From: a virus
Lineage: Duplodnaviria; Caudoviricetes
Length of the DNA stretch: 64,000 nt
Strand: one strand, 5' to 3'
Virus record (IMG/VR): IMGVR_UViG_3300020577_007013
Shown: positions 55,014-63,307 of the stretch, in pieces
How positions within the stretch are numbered: the first letter of the stretch is position 1
How the letters are laid out: each line of letters begins with the position of its first letter
Translations under genes and position numbers: made by a program
The notes under the pieces: model-generated
Database searches by the model: none
What the model saw: the letters and a program-made list of their open reading frames with translations, nothing else
Told to the model about the DNA's origin: nothing

Positions 55014-56193
55014 CTTCATCCTCCGGTTGTTCTTCATTTTCTTCTTCAATTTTCTCAAGTCCTTTAGCTAGAACGTCTTGAAGAAACTCTTGAGTATTGA
55101 CATCTCCTGGATTCCAGCTCACATTAGAGTTCTGTTTGTGAGAGTCTTTGTAGAATTGTACCACATTCTGAAGAGATTTTTTCAGAGACATTTTGTAGAC
55201 GATATGATTGACGAGAATTTGAATGACACCGTCTATCGGCATTCCTTTGTAATCTTTCACGATTATGTTGAGAACTTCGTCAGTGATGGAGGGAAGCTTC
55301 TTTCTGATAATCGTCTTGTAAGCTTCTGCATCAACCTCATCGACACGAATACGATGACGAATTCTTCCTGGTCTTCTGATAAGAGAATCAGAAAGACGGA
55401 GAGTATTGTTCGTAGTGTAGAGTGTCATGACTCCGTTGAGAGGAACAGGACCGGCAAGAAAGCTGCTTAAAGTTTTGTCATTGTAACGGATTTTATCGAG
55501 TTCATCTATGAGAAGAAGGATGTTTGAGTCTGTGTCATTCGACCTTATGAAGTCTACAGCTGTCTGAAACAGATCTGGAGTCTTACACCAAATCGCAATT
55601 CCACCACGTTTGATAAAATGCTTTGAAGCAGCTGAAGCAAGAGTTGTTTTACCTGTACCAGGAGGACCGTCTAAGATGACTCCTTCATGATGAGAAACAC
55701 CGATTTGTTTGTATTTGTCTTTATTGTCGAAGAAGTTATCCATAATTGAGACGAGATGCTTGTAGTTCTCAGTCTCAGTAAAGTCGACTTCATCATCTTC
55801 TAAGGTAAGTAGGTAAGGTTGAGGGGCCAATCCTCCTGTGAAGTTCAACTCATAAATTCCAGGAACTACTAAGTCTCTCTTTTCACCTGGATTAAATCCT
55901 AAATGAAATTCAGCTCCTCTTTGAAAGTATCCTGATCCTTCAGAAGGTCTTGTCCCTGTCAATTGAATAAAATTTTTCTGAAAGTCTCTTCCCCAATTCC
56001 AGAGATTATTCTCATGTTCAGATGGCTTTTTATTGTCAGCGATCTTCAGTGTAGCATGGTACTTGCTGCCTCTGTGAAAATCAACACATTCGAGAACCTT
56101 ATATCCGAAGACATAAGTCATTTCCTTGTTCCAACCGTCTTGAAGTTCTTGTGGACCTATGTAAATGTATTTTGCACCTTTTGTAAATTTCAT
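55003..56193 (-). CDS. AAA+ ATPase
   Basis: GPPGTGKT, LLIDELD, TTN, RPGR. Confidence 0.9.
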   Translation of the reverse strand: MKFTKGAKYIYIGPQELQDGWNKEMTYVFGYKVLECVDFHRGSKYHATLKIADNKKPSEHENNLWNWGRDFQKNFIQLTGTRPSEGSGYFQRGAEFHLGFNPGEKRDLVVPGIYELNFTGGLAPQPYLLTLEDDEVDFTETENYKHLVSIMDNFFDNKDKYKQIGVSHHEGVILDGPPGTGKTTLASAASKHFIKRGGIAIWCKTPDLFQTAVDFIRSNDTDSNILLLIDELDKIRYNDKTLSSFLAGPVPLNGVMTLYTTNNTLRLSDSLIRRPGRIRHRIRVDEVDAEAYKTIIRKKLPSITDEVLNIIVKDYKGMPIDGVIQILVNHIVYKMSLKKSLQNVVQFYKDSHKQNSNVSWNPGDVNTQEFLQDVLAKGLEKIEEENEEQPEDEDED

Positions 56194-56208
56194 GGTTATG
56201 TATATTAT

Positions 56209-56382
56209 CTACTTTCGATTTTCCGTCTTCTTTTTATAAGAATTCCCACACCAAGGATTTAAACAGTGCCGACCTTTTTTATAGAAAATCCATAGGAAAT
56301 AGTGTCTTACTAAAGAAGATCCACATTCTTTGCAGAACGGTTTCTTGTCTCCTGTATATTGGAAGACTTTATTTCGTCTCAT
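56209..56382 (-). CDS. 57-aa Zn-finger protein; not in ORF track
   Basis: CKECG..CLNPWC. Confidence 0.65.
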   Translation of the reverse strand: MRRNKVFQYTGDKKPFCKECGSSLVRHYFLWIFYKKGRHCLNPWCGNSYKKKTENRK

Positions 56383-56596
56383 AAATTTCCCAATCAGTTC
56401 TCTCTAAGTCTTTTAACCTTAAAGTAAGATCTGCAAACTCATGTCCATACTGCTTTAGTCCATCATTCTTTTCATAGAATGTATCGAGAGTTTTGTCATA
56501 TCCGACTCTATAATGTCTCTTGACAAGGAATTCATCATTAGGGTGATGTATCTCTCCACCATTTTTTAAATGGTCTATAAAGTCTGAGAGTCTCAT
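56369..56596 (-). CDS. hypothetical protein
   Basis: ORF track; ends DL...DWE. Confidence 0.65.
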   Translation of the reverse strand: MRLSDFIDHLKNGGEIHHPNDEFLVKRHYRVGYDKTLDTFYEKNDGLKQYGHEFADLTLRLKDLERTDWEIYETK

Positions 56597-56823
56597 TCAC
56601 AAGGTCCTAGATAAGTTGTTTCTTCACCGAGACTCATATATTCTTTTCCATGTTTACGGTCACAGACAGTAACAATGTAACGTCGATACCAACTAGGTGT
56701 GTCGTGTCTTTCCATAGAGAATCTTCCATTCTCTATTTTGTCTTTAGTGATTGCTCCTGAATTGCTTACATGACACTCACAATTTGAAAGTATCAAACAA
56801 AGAAATGGTAATAATTTTTTCAC
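56593..56823 (-). CDS. putative lipoprotein
   Basis: MKKLLPFLCLILSNC. Confidence 0.65.
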   Translation of the reverse strand: MKKLLPFLCLILSNCECHVSNSGAITKDKIENGRFSMERHDTPSWYRRYIVTVCDRKHGKEYMSLGEETTYLGPCE

Positions 56824-57239
56824 ATTAACTCCAAATGACCTGTAATTTTATCTATGTCTTCTGACCAATTAGGTCCTATAGCACAACAAGTATGAGTAGG
56901 AACTCCATTAAACTCTGTCTTTCCACTATCTTGAATGAGAGACGTCATGAGTCCTGCTTCCTTTGCTTTGTTATGCAACTCTAAAAGTTGCTCTTCTGAG
57001 TCTACTTTGAGAACCACTTTAGTAAATGATCCATTAACCCATCTATCGATTGGGTCATCCTTTTCAAAGTAAAGAGTCTTGGATTTTTTAGACGGAAAGA
57101 GTCTGACAAACTTACTCTCTCCATACATTCTGTCAAGAAGAACTTTGAGAGAAGCATGTGCCACTTGACTTGCAATTTTTCCTTTCCGAACTTTTAAATA
57201 GTTTGCCCACAGAATGACTTGCTTGACTTCCTTTACCAT
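56820..57239 (-). CDS. pth2: peptidyl-tRNA hydrolase, Pth2 family
   Basis: GKIASQVAHA, KVVLKV, IQDSGKTE, AIGP, ITGHL. Confidence 0.92.
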   Translation of the reverse strand: MVKEVKQVILWANYLKVRKGKIASQVAHASLKVLLDRMYGESKFVRLFPSKKSKTLYFEKDDPIDRWVNGSFTKVVLKVDSEEQLLELHNKAKEAGLMTSLIQDSGKTEFNGVPTHTCCAIGPNWSEDIDKITGHLELM

Positions 57240-57727
57240 TCGCTTCTCCTTTCTCTGAATAGGTCTGCTATCCAGTTAAAAATTCGTTTACTAAGCTTTT
57301 CTTTTTTAGGATGCTCACCATGAATGGGATTCTCTATGATGACCCTACCTCCGACTATTCCTTTAGAGAAAGTAATTCTGACTAAATGAACTCCTCTTTC
57401 AGAATTTATGCACTCAAGTTCACCGTCGTAGTGTTCTCTATCCCATTTGTCGAAGACAATTTTGTATCTTTCCTTTTTAGGTGGATCGAAAAGCTCTTTT
57501 TGGCTAGAAGGAATCTTCGAATATTTCATGACCTCGTCTGTGTAGTCAGTGAGAATCTCGTCTTTGGATTTCTCAACTTTCTTATGAACAGCTTTGTAAA
57601 GCTTTCCTGTCTTACTCACTCTGTAGATTCCTTCTACTTTGTTTCTTCTCTTGACAAGAAAAGGTTCTCTTAAATTGAGAGAAGTAATCTCTGGAAGTTG
57701 GATCGTAATCTTATCGAACTCAGTCAT
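57233..57727 (-). CDS. hypothetical protein
   Basis: ORF track. Confidence 0.6.
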   Translation of the reverse strand: MTEFDKITIQLPEITSLNLREPFLVKRRNKVEGIYRVSKTGKLYKAVHKKVEKSKDEILTDYTDEVMKYSKIPSSQKELFDPPKKERYKIVFDKWDREHYDGELECINSERGVHLVRITFSKGIVGGRVIIENPIHGEHPKKEKLSKRIFNWIADLFRERRSEW

Positions 57728-57996
57728 TTTTCAATTTCCTCATTGAGAACCTTATTGTTGAGGTATTGGATGACATTGTTGTAGTCAATGTTCTCATCTC
57801 TTATCATTGTGAGATTCAGTACCTTCGAGAAATCATCTATGTATTTCTTACCGAAGAGAAGTCTGAACTTTCCGTCCTTCCCTTTCTCAATAGAGAGAAC
57901 GGTATTGTCAGTATCTATGCAAGCTGCTTTGCTTATCTCAAAGTCTTTGCAATTATTGTCAGAGAAGTTGATTCGAATTGTTCTCTTAGGATCCAC
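57724..57996 (-). CDS. hypothetical protein
   Basis: Start revised to GTG (VDPKRTI); the longer track start is a shadow of the Ser/Gly tail. Confidence 0.55.
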   Translation of the reverse strand: MDPKRTIRINFSDNNCKDFEISKAACIDTDNTVLSIEKGKDGKFRLLFGKKYIDDFSKVLNLTMIRDENIDYNNVIQYLNNKVLNEEIEK

Positions 57997-58318
57997 AGCC
58001 AGCGCCACCACAACTACTTCCACATGACGAGCCACTGCTCGAAGAGCCGCCACATGATGAGCCACATGAAGAACTTGAACTAGAACTACTGCTTCCACTA
58101 TCAGAAGAACTGTATGATGAGTCGGCTAATCCGATGTAAGCAGAGATCATTGAATTGGAATTGGACTCATAAATAGCTATTCCATTCTTGTCAGTAGACG
58201 TTTTGGTGAGCTTGACTTTCTTAAGCCCTTTAAGCTTTGTAAAATGCTTCCTACAGAAAGCATGCCCTTTCACTTTAAAGGCTACAGTATTTCCACATTT
58301 TTTCACAGTGCATTTCAT
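57986..58318 (-). CDS. Zn-finger protein with Ser/Gly/Cys low-complexity tail
   Basis: C....C..FCRKH; SSCGSSCGG repeats. Confidence 0.7.
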   Translation of the reverse strand: MKCTVKKCGNTVAFKVKGHAFCRKHFTKLKGLKKVKLTKTSTDKNGIAIYESNSNSMISAYIGLADSSYSSSDSGSSSSSSSSSCGSSCGGSSSSGSSCGSSCGGAGCGS

Positions 58319-58329
58319 ATTGTCCTTCC

Positions 58330-58581
58330 TTAAATTAAAATGTTGATAACTTTGAAACTGTCTTTAGTGCGGAAGCTGAAGAAAGAGAATGGCTCGCTAG
58401 CGATCATCTTCTCTAAAGAAGACTCGTCAATTTCGCAGACCGCCATCATGTCTTTCTCTTCATTATAAGAAGACACAATGTAGTATCTTCCTTCTCCGTC
58501 ATTTATCAGACTTTTGCTTTTCATCTTGAGTGTATCCCAAGCTCTGTTTAATCTTTCTCTCGTGTTTCTTTTGTTCATCAC
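58330..58581 (-). CDS. hypothetical protein
   Basis: ORF track. Confidence 0.6.
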   Translation of the reverse strand: MMNKRNTRERLNRAWDTLKMKSKSLINDGEGRYYIVSSYNEEKDMMAVCEIDESSLEKMIASEPFSFFSFRTKDSFKVINILI

Positions 58582-58583
58582 CT

Positions 58584-59657
58584 TTAGCAGTTGACTATCC
58601 TTCCTTCAGTAGAGAAACTGCAAGTTCCTCTATGCAAAATATTGATGGCAGCATTGTGATCTGCGTCCATCTCGATCCCACAAACACATTTATAAAGTTC
58701 TCCTTTACGGTTCTCTTTATCAACGGTTCCACAATTTGAACAAGTCTGGCTTGTATAAGCTGCTTCGACTTTCTGAAAAAGAAAACCTTTCTCTTCAGAA
58801 AGTCTCTCTAGCTTACCTAGAGCTTGTCTGTAACTCCAATATTGCAATTTATTTAAAGATTTCGTTGAGAGCTTTGATTTATGCTTGACATTCTTGAGGT
58901 CTTCAACAAAAAGCTCTTTTGGTTGGGTCTGCTTTTCAAATTCATTGCAGACTCTATTGATCTCATTTTTCTTATGGACATTCAGTCGTTTGAATTTTTT
59001 GCTTCCTCTTTTCTTTTTTGAGAGTCTGAGGTAGAAGTCTTCGAGATTTTTTCCATGAAAATTTCCTTCTGAATCTGAAATTAGCTTTTTGTACCCGATA
59101 TCAATTCCGATCGTCGGTCCATCTGTCCTTTCAATTTTTTCAGATTTTTCCCAAAAAAGTTGAACATAATAATTGTTATTATTTTTTATAATCTGAAAAG
59201 TCTTTTTTAAAGTCCAACCATTCTCTGAGTATTTTCTCGAATGTCTATGAAATTTAATTGGAAGGAATATTTTTGATTTAATTTTCATTCCATAAGGAAG
59301 TCTGACCCTAAAAAACCCATCGAAATCTTCTGTCTTTTCTTCTAGAAAGTCTACGGAATATAGATCAATCAAAACTTTTTTTACTTTTGGATAATTGTAT
59401 CCTTCCGGATCTTTCGAGAGACAAGATCTGACAATTCCAGAAGCTTGTTTATAAGTCTTTGTGAGCCATCTAGAGTCTCTAAAGACTTTTCCTTCTAAAT
59501 TTTTGGAACTAGCTAATTTCTTAGTTGAAATTACATCGGTCCACATTAGGTGAATCATACTCTGCAATTCGACTTTGTAGTCTTCGAAAAGTCTATCAAG
59601 CCACTTCAGTTTTCCTTTATTGGCGAATTTGAGAGTATGTCTAGAAGTACGAATCAT
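58584..59657 (-). CDS. tnpB: RNA-guided endonuclease TnpB (second subfamily, solo)
   Basis: GIDIG, VEDL, YTSQTCS.CG..C.CG, DAD.NAA.NI. Confidence 0.9.
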   Translation of the reverse strand: MIRTSRHTLKFANKGKLKWLDRLFEDYKVELQSMIHLMWTDVISTKKLASSKNLEGKVFRDSRWLTKTYKQASGIVRSCLSKDPEGYNYPKVKKVLIDLYSVDFLEEKTEDFDGFFRVRLPYGMKIKSKIFLPIKFHRHSRKYSENGWTLKKTFQIIKNNNNYYVQLFWEKSEKIERTDGPTIGIDIGYKKLISDSEGNFHGKNLEDFYLRLSKKKRGSKKFKRLNVHKKNEINRVCNEFEKQTQPKELFVEDLKNVKHKSKLSTKSLNKLQYWSYRQALGKLERLSEEKGFLFQKVEAAYTSQTCSNCGTVDKENRKGELYKCVCGIEMDADHNAAINILHRGTCSFSTEGRIVNC

Positions 59658-59664
59658 CTATATT

Positions 59665-59829
59665 TTAAGCGTCTAGGAAATGTTTCCCTGTCCACTTGTG
59701 CACTATAACTATAATATTCCTTTTATCGAACTCTTCCTTAAGTGGAAGCTCTGGAAGATTTCTACTCTTCAAATAGCGATTGATCTCTTCTAAGAGCTCT
59801 AGGTTGTCTAGTCGATCTTCTTCGTCCAT
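59665..59829 (-). CDS. 54-aa hypothetical protein; not in ORF track
   Basis: MDEEDRLDNLEL..; TGATG coupling. Confidence 0.55.
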   Translation of the reverse strand: MDEEDRLDNLELLEEINRYLKSRNLPELPLKEEFDKRNIIVIVHKWTGKHFLDA

Positions 59830-60302
59830 CAGATAAATGACTCCAAGGCTTCCTTGGCTTTCTTTTCTTTTTCAAGTCTAATGTCTCTATAGAGTTTGGA
59901 AGTTCTTTCCTTAGACTCTTTGAGAATAATCTCGAATAAAGCGAAGCATAATTTATATTGAGAATGAGTCTTCTTTACGTAAGTGCTGAACTCACAATTG
60001 TAGGATCTGAGAAGTGACTCTTTGTCAACTGAAGATAAGTCAGTCCATTTCTTTCTTATTGCTAACAGAATATTAGGATTGTCACCTACCATCTGAAGAC
60101 AGAAGACTTTATTTCCTGAAGGTTGCTCCATCCAGACAGTGGTAGTCTTTTTCTTAGAGTGACTATGATATTCATGACCACCGACTTTTGATTTGTTCTT
60201 ATCAAATGAAAGGAAGATTTTATCTAGAGTAGAATCCAGAATCTCTCCGTATTCATGAGGAACGATTTCTTCCTTCTTTTTAAAACTTCCGAAAGGGTAC
60301 AT
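59829..60302 (-). CDS. hypothetical protein
   Basis: ORF directly after the promoter motif. Confidence 0.7.
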   Translation of the reverse strand: MYPFGSFKKKEEIVPHEYGEILDSTLDKIFLSFDKNKSKVGGHEYHSHSKKKTTTVWMEQPSGNKVFCLQMVGDNPNILLAIRKKWTDLSSVDKESLLRSYNCEFSTYVKKTHSQYKLCFALFEIILKESKERTSKLYRDIRLEKEKKAKEALESFI

Positions 60303-60337
60303 GGTTAATTATCCTAGACTGTGTTTCTATTCGAAAA
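60303..60337 (-). promoter_or_regulatory. candidate early promoter
   Basis: TTTTCGAA-N11-TCTA-G-GATAAT-TAACC-ATG. Confidence 0.65.
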
Positions 60338-60607
60338 TTAAGGATAGAGCTTCACTAAACTCTTGATATATTCTGCACCCTTTTGGTAGTCTTCATCTTC
60401 TCTCTGAAACAGATAATTGTAGTAGATTCGAGTCAAGAGGAAACGTATCCAGTCACTGTTATTGAAGTTAGGGTCATCAAGGTATTGGAGAAGCTTGGAT
60501 AATGAAGCTGATATTGAAAGATGGGAGAGCTTCTGATTCTTTATTGCTAGCTTAAGGGTCTCCACTTCATTCTCAAGTTCTTTGATTCTCTTTTGGTCCT
60601 CTTTCAT
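60338..60607 (-). CDS. hypothetical protein
   Basis: ORF; GAGGA SD. Confidence 0.65.
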   Translation of the reverse strand: MKEDQKRIKELENEVETLKLAIKNQKLSHLSISASLSKLLQYLDDPNFNNSDWIRFLLTRIYYNYLFQREDEDYQKGAEYIKSLVKLYP

Positions 60608-60734
60608 ATGTCCTCAGTTAACTCGTGTGTTACTTGGCTAGGTATAATAATACCTATTGATATGATCTTTAAACAATCAAGGAGTGACTCGTGTGATCCC
60701 TAGTAATCTTGTAGGAAGTGATTAGGTAAAGCTT

Positions 60735-61073
60735 CTAGAAATCTCGTTCATTTGAACCATACTCTAGAATCTCTCGTATTCGAAGAGTCGGGAATATTCT
60801 TTTGTCATTAGGATCTTTTCTATTCTTGTTAATGGCGAGTTGAGCTTTGATCTTGATAGAATCCCCTTTCTTAAGTTTCTCTTTTATCTGATCTGCATCT
60901 TTTCCGAAGTAGTCACAACCGATTGTATTGGTCTGAACTGAATGATTCGCTCCCCATGTTTCAAAGCTAAGTAGAAATTTCAAAAGTTTATTTCCTTCTT
61001 CGAAGGATCTTATTTCAGGATCGTTGAGAACCTTTCCTTCTCCTGTTAAGAGCATATTTTCTGAGAGATTCAT
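60735..61073 (-). CDS. ssb: single-stranded DNA-binding protein (OB fold)
   Basis: G....DPE.R; C..FGK.A.....L.KG. Confidence 0.75.
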   Translation of the reverse strand: MNLSENMLLTGEGKVLNDPEIRSFEEGNKLLKFLLSFETWGANHSVQTNTIGCDYFGKDADQIKEKLKKGDSIKIKAQLAINKNRKDPNDKRIFPTLRIREILEYGSNERDF

Positions 61074-61504
61074 AACACTTCCTTGAGGACTCTTCTTAAA
61101 TTCTTCGGGCAGTAGTCTTCGATATCTTTAATCTTACAAAACATAAATCTATCAAACTCAAGAACCTTATCACCATTGTCTCTATTAAAGAATGATTTGC
61201 ACTTAAGCTTAGAAAGATCGATTTCTTCTTTGAGGTCTTTAAAATTGATTCTGTAAAGAAATAGGTCTTTGTGTTTGTTAAGCTCGTGTTGTCCCACGAC
61301 TTCAAAACGTTTTCTATTGAAAGCTAATCCAGTTTCTTCAAGAAGCTCACGTTCAGCTGTCTCTATGTTTGACTCACCTTCTTCTTGACGTCCTTTAGGA
61401 ATATCCCAATTTTTAGTTCCTGTTGCATGTCCTAACAGAATGTATTTCCCATCTGTCAGAATCGTTCCTACAGAAAGTTGCTTGAATTTAGGTTTATATT
61501 TCAT
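61070..61504 (-). CDS. NUDIX hydrolase (T4 NudE-like)
   Basis: WDIPKG...EGES..ETAEREL.EETG. Confidence 0.9.
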   Translation of the reverse strand: MKYKPKFKQLSVGTILTDGKYILLGHATGTKNWDIPKGRQEEGESNIETAERELLEETGLAFNRKRFEVVGQHELNKHKDLFLYRINFKDLKEEIDLSKLKCKSFFNRDNGDKVLEFDRFMFCKIKDIEDYCPKNLRRVLKEVL

Positions 61505-62310
61505 ATTGCCTTAGGACACATCTTATTGTATGCGCAAAATTTGCAAGTCGTTTCTTCAGGAGTGTACTCGATATTTCCTTCATTTGCTAGCTTGATCTTC
61601 TCAGTGAGACTTGAGATCTTTTCATCGATATATGAAAACCTATCCTTCTGAATCTCATGATGATTCTTAAGAAATGAGTCTTCCTTAGAGGATTGAGCAT
61701 AATAAGTAAATGAGTGAACCTTCTGTTTGAGATTTTTCTTGACTAGATACTCATACATAATACTTTGGAAATCTTTCTCGAAGTCTTTGTGAAGAAATTT
61801 GTCAAGGTTAGCTGTTGTCTTATAGTCAAAGATTCTGTATGTCCCGTCTTTCAACTCTACAAGAAGGTCAATGGTTCCGTCAAGAGAGTAGTCTGTATTG
61901 TAGTCTGATTTGAGATTCGTTTCAGGATGGAGAGTTTTCCAATCTTCTTTCCTCAAGTCTAAGAGAACTTCCTTGATAAGATTCAGAGTTCGAAGATTCC
62001 CTTCATGTAAGAAGGTCTCTTTATTGTAATATCTCGTTCTCTGAAATTTACCGTCTCTAGCTACTTGTTTTTCAAGTTCAGTGTCAAAAAGTTTTGCAAA
62101 GCCACCGTCCACTTTAATGAGAACTTCTCTATCAGAAGCTCCACTATTTTTGATCACCATCGCAGTTTCAGCGACTGAATGTGCAATTGAACCGAATAAA
62201 GTTCCTGGCCAAATTATCCAAGGAACCTTAATCTTCTGAATGTCTGAATAGTAGAATTGTCCGAAACATGACTCAATCTTGTTGAGTCGACTTTGAGATA
62301 GTGTGAGCAA
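61501..62310 (-). CDS. PD-(D/E)XK RecB-family / Cas4-like exonuclease
   Basis: LSQS.L...C; GS..H; GTIDL..IFDYKT; Q...Y; CxxC.Y...C. Confidence 0.85.
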   Translation of the reverse strand: MLTLSQSRLNKIESCFGQFYYSDIQKIKVPWIIWPGTLFGSIAHSVAETAMVIKNSGASDREVLIKVDGGFAKLFDTELEKQVARDGKFQRTRYYNKETFLHEGNLRTLNLIKEVLLDLRKEDWKTLHPETNLKSDYNTDYSLDGTIDLLVELKDGTYRIFDYKTTANLDKFLHKDFEKDFQSIMYEYLVKKNLKQKVHSFTYYAQSSKEDSFLKNHHEIQKDRFSYIDEKISSLTEKIKLANEGNIEYTPEETTCKFCAYNKMCPKAI

Positions 62311-62360
62311 CTTCGGTTCCTTAGTAGAATTTACTATCTAAGGTATAATAAGGAAAAAAG

Positions 62361-62891
62361 CTATTTCCGATATTTGCTAATCGTCTTAGCTCTTTTTATT
62401 TTCTTTGCAGGAGAGTTTTTCTTAGGTTTGGGTTCAGGTTTCACAGGCTTCACTGGTTCAGGTTCTACAACAGGTTCGATTTCTCTAGGTTTGTAAGTTT
62501 TCTGAACTCTCAAGCTGTCGGGATTTTCATCAATGTACTTTACGAAGTTCATCATCTTTCCCTTGTCTACAGCTCTCATCTTTTTCCATTTAGCATTGAG
62601 CAGAGGGTTATTAAATTCTGATTGGAGGATTTCAGTAAAAGTCAGACCTTTCTGACCTGAGTTATTTTCGTAGTATTTCTTCACTTGCTTGAGATAATCA
62701 ACAAAGTTTGCCCAGCCTCTACCTTTGAGGTAGTCTTCGTCTTTGTTGTACTTTGCAATGAGAGGAATTAAATAGTTAGAGAGACCGTTGGTGAGAGCGA
62801 CTTCGAGAAGTGTCGTGGTTTTACCACCAATTGTCTTAGTGGTAAGCATGTTTTTAGGTTGAGAGAAGAAGGATTTATAACGTTCTGCCAT
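62361..62891 (-). CDS. tagged protein with Pro/Lys-rich tail (MAERYKSFFSQ)
   Basis: ORF plus tag. Confidence 0.75.
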   Translation of the reverse strand: MAERYKSFFSQPKNMLTTKTIGGKTTTLLEVALTNGLSNYLIPLIAKYNKDEDYLKGRGWANFVDYLKQVKKYYENNSGQKGLTFTEILQSEFNNPLLNAKWKKMRAVDKGKMMNFVKYIDENPDSLRVQKTYKPREIEPVVEPEPVKPVKPEPKPKKNSPAKKIKRAKTISKYRK

Positions 62892-62892
62892 C

Positions 62893-63291
62893 TTAATACT
62901 TCTGATCCTCGCTATTGTATAGCTGGAACTCTGTGTCAGTCTTCATTCTTCGAAGTGGCACATAGTATTTGTAATCATCCGTTTGGGTTACTTGTTTTTT
63001 ATGGATTCTCTTAAGATCGAATAGAACATCGAGATCATACATTTTGACAGCTTTAGAGATTTCAGTATCATACTGACTTCCACCGACTACCTGTATGCAA
63101 AGACCTTTGCTAGGAATCTGTGTCATATAAACGTCTCTTACTTTGATTCCTCTGCTCTTGAGATACTCCGAAATAAGTGGAATTTTTTCTTCAAGAGTTC
63201 TATCATCTTCGAGTCTATCTGAAGCTCTATCAGCTGGAAGATTGTCATGAGCCGTAAACTCTTGGAATTTTGATTTGTAGGGAGTGATCAT
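62893..63291 (-). CDS. tagged hypothetical protein (MITPYKSKFQE)
   Basis: ORF plus tag. Confidence 0.8.
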   Translation of the reverse strand: MITPYKSKFQEFTAHDNLPADRASDRLEDDRTLEEKIPLISEYLKSRGIKVRDVYMTQIPSKGLCIQVVGGSQYDTEISKAVKMYDLDVLFDLKRIHKKQVTQTDDYKYYVPLRRMKTDTEFQLYNSEDQKY

Positions 63292-63302
63292 AGATGATTA
63301 GT
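63289..63302 (-). promoter_or_regulatory. ACTAA-N6-ATG candidate late promoter
   Basis: Reverse complement reads ACTAATCATCTATG. Confidence 0.6.
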
Positions 63303-63307
63303 TGAGG

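Noticed and set aside
57986-58130. Ser/Gly/Cys tail as a RiPP precursor
   Set aside because: No modifying enzymes nearby; such low-complexity tails are common in phage and bacterial proteins
623-61305. Many antisense or off-frame ORFs in the track (e.g. 623-847, 1032-1346, 7610-7957, 32404-32712, 35317-35778, 41881-42153, 47643-47951, 55078-55470)
   Set aside because: They lie opposite or within better-supported genes and have the Ser/Phe/Leu-rich composition of shadow frames
61070-61504. NUDIX N-terminus MKYKPKFKQ as a true tag
   Set aside because: Lacks the Glu and sits mid-operon among replication genes; left out of the count
61501-62310. Cas4 as part of a CRISPR-Cas locus
   Set aside because: No cas1/cas2 or array nearby; solo RecB/Cas4-like nucleases are common in phages
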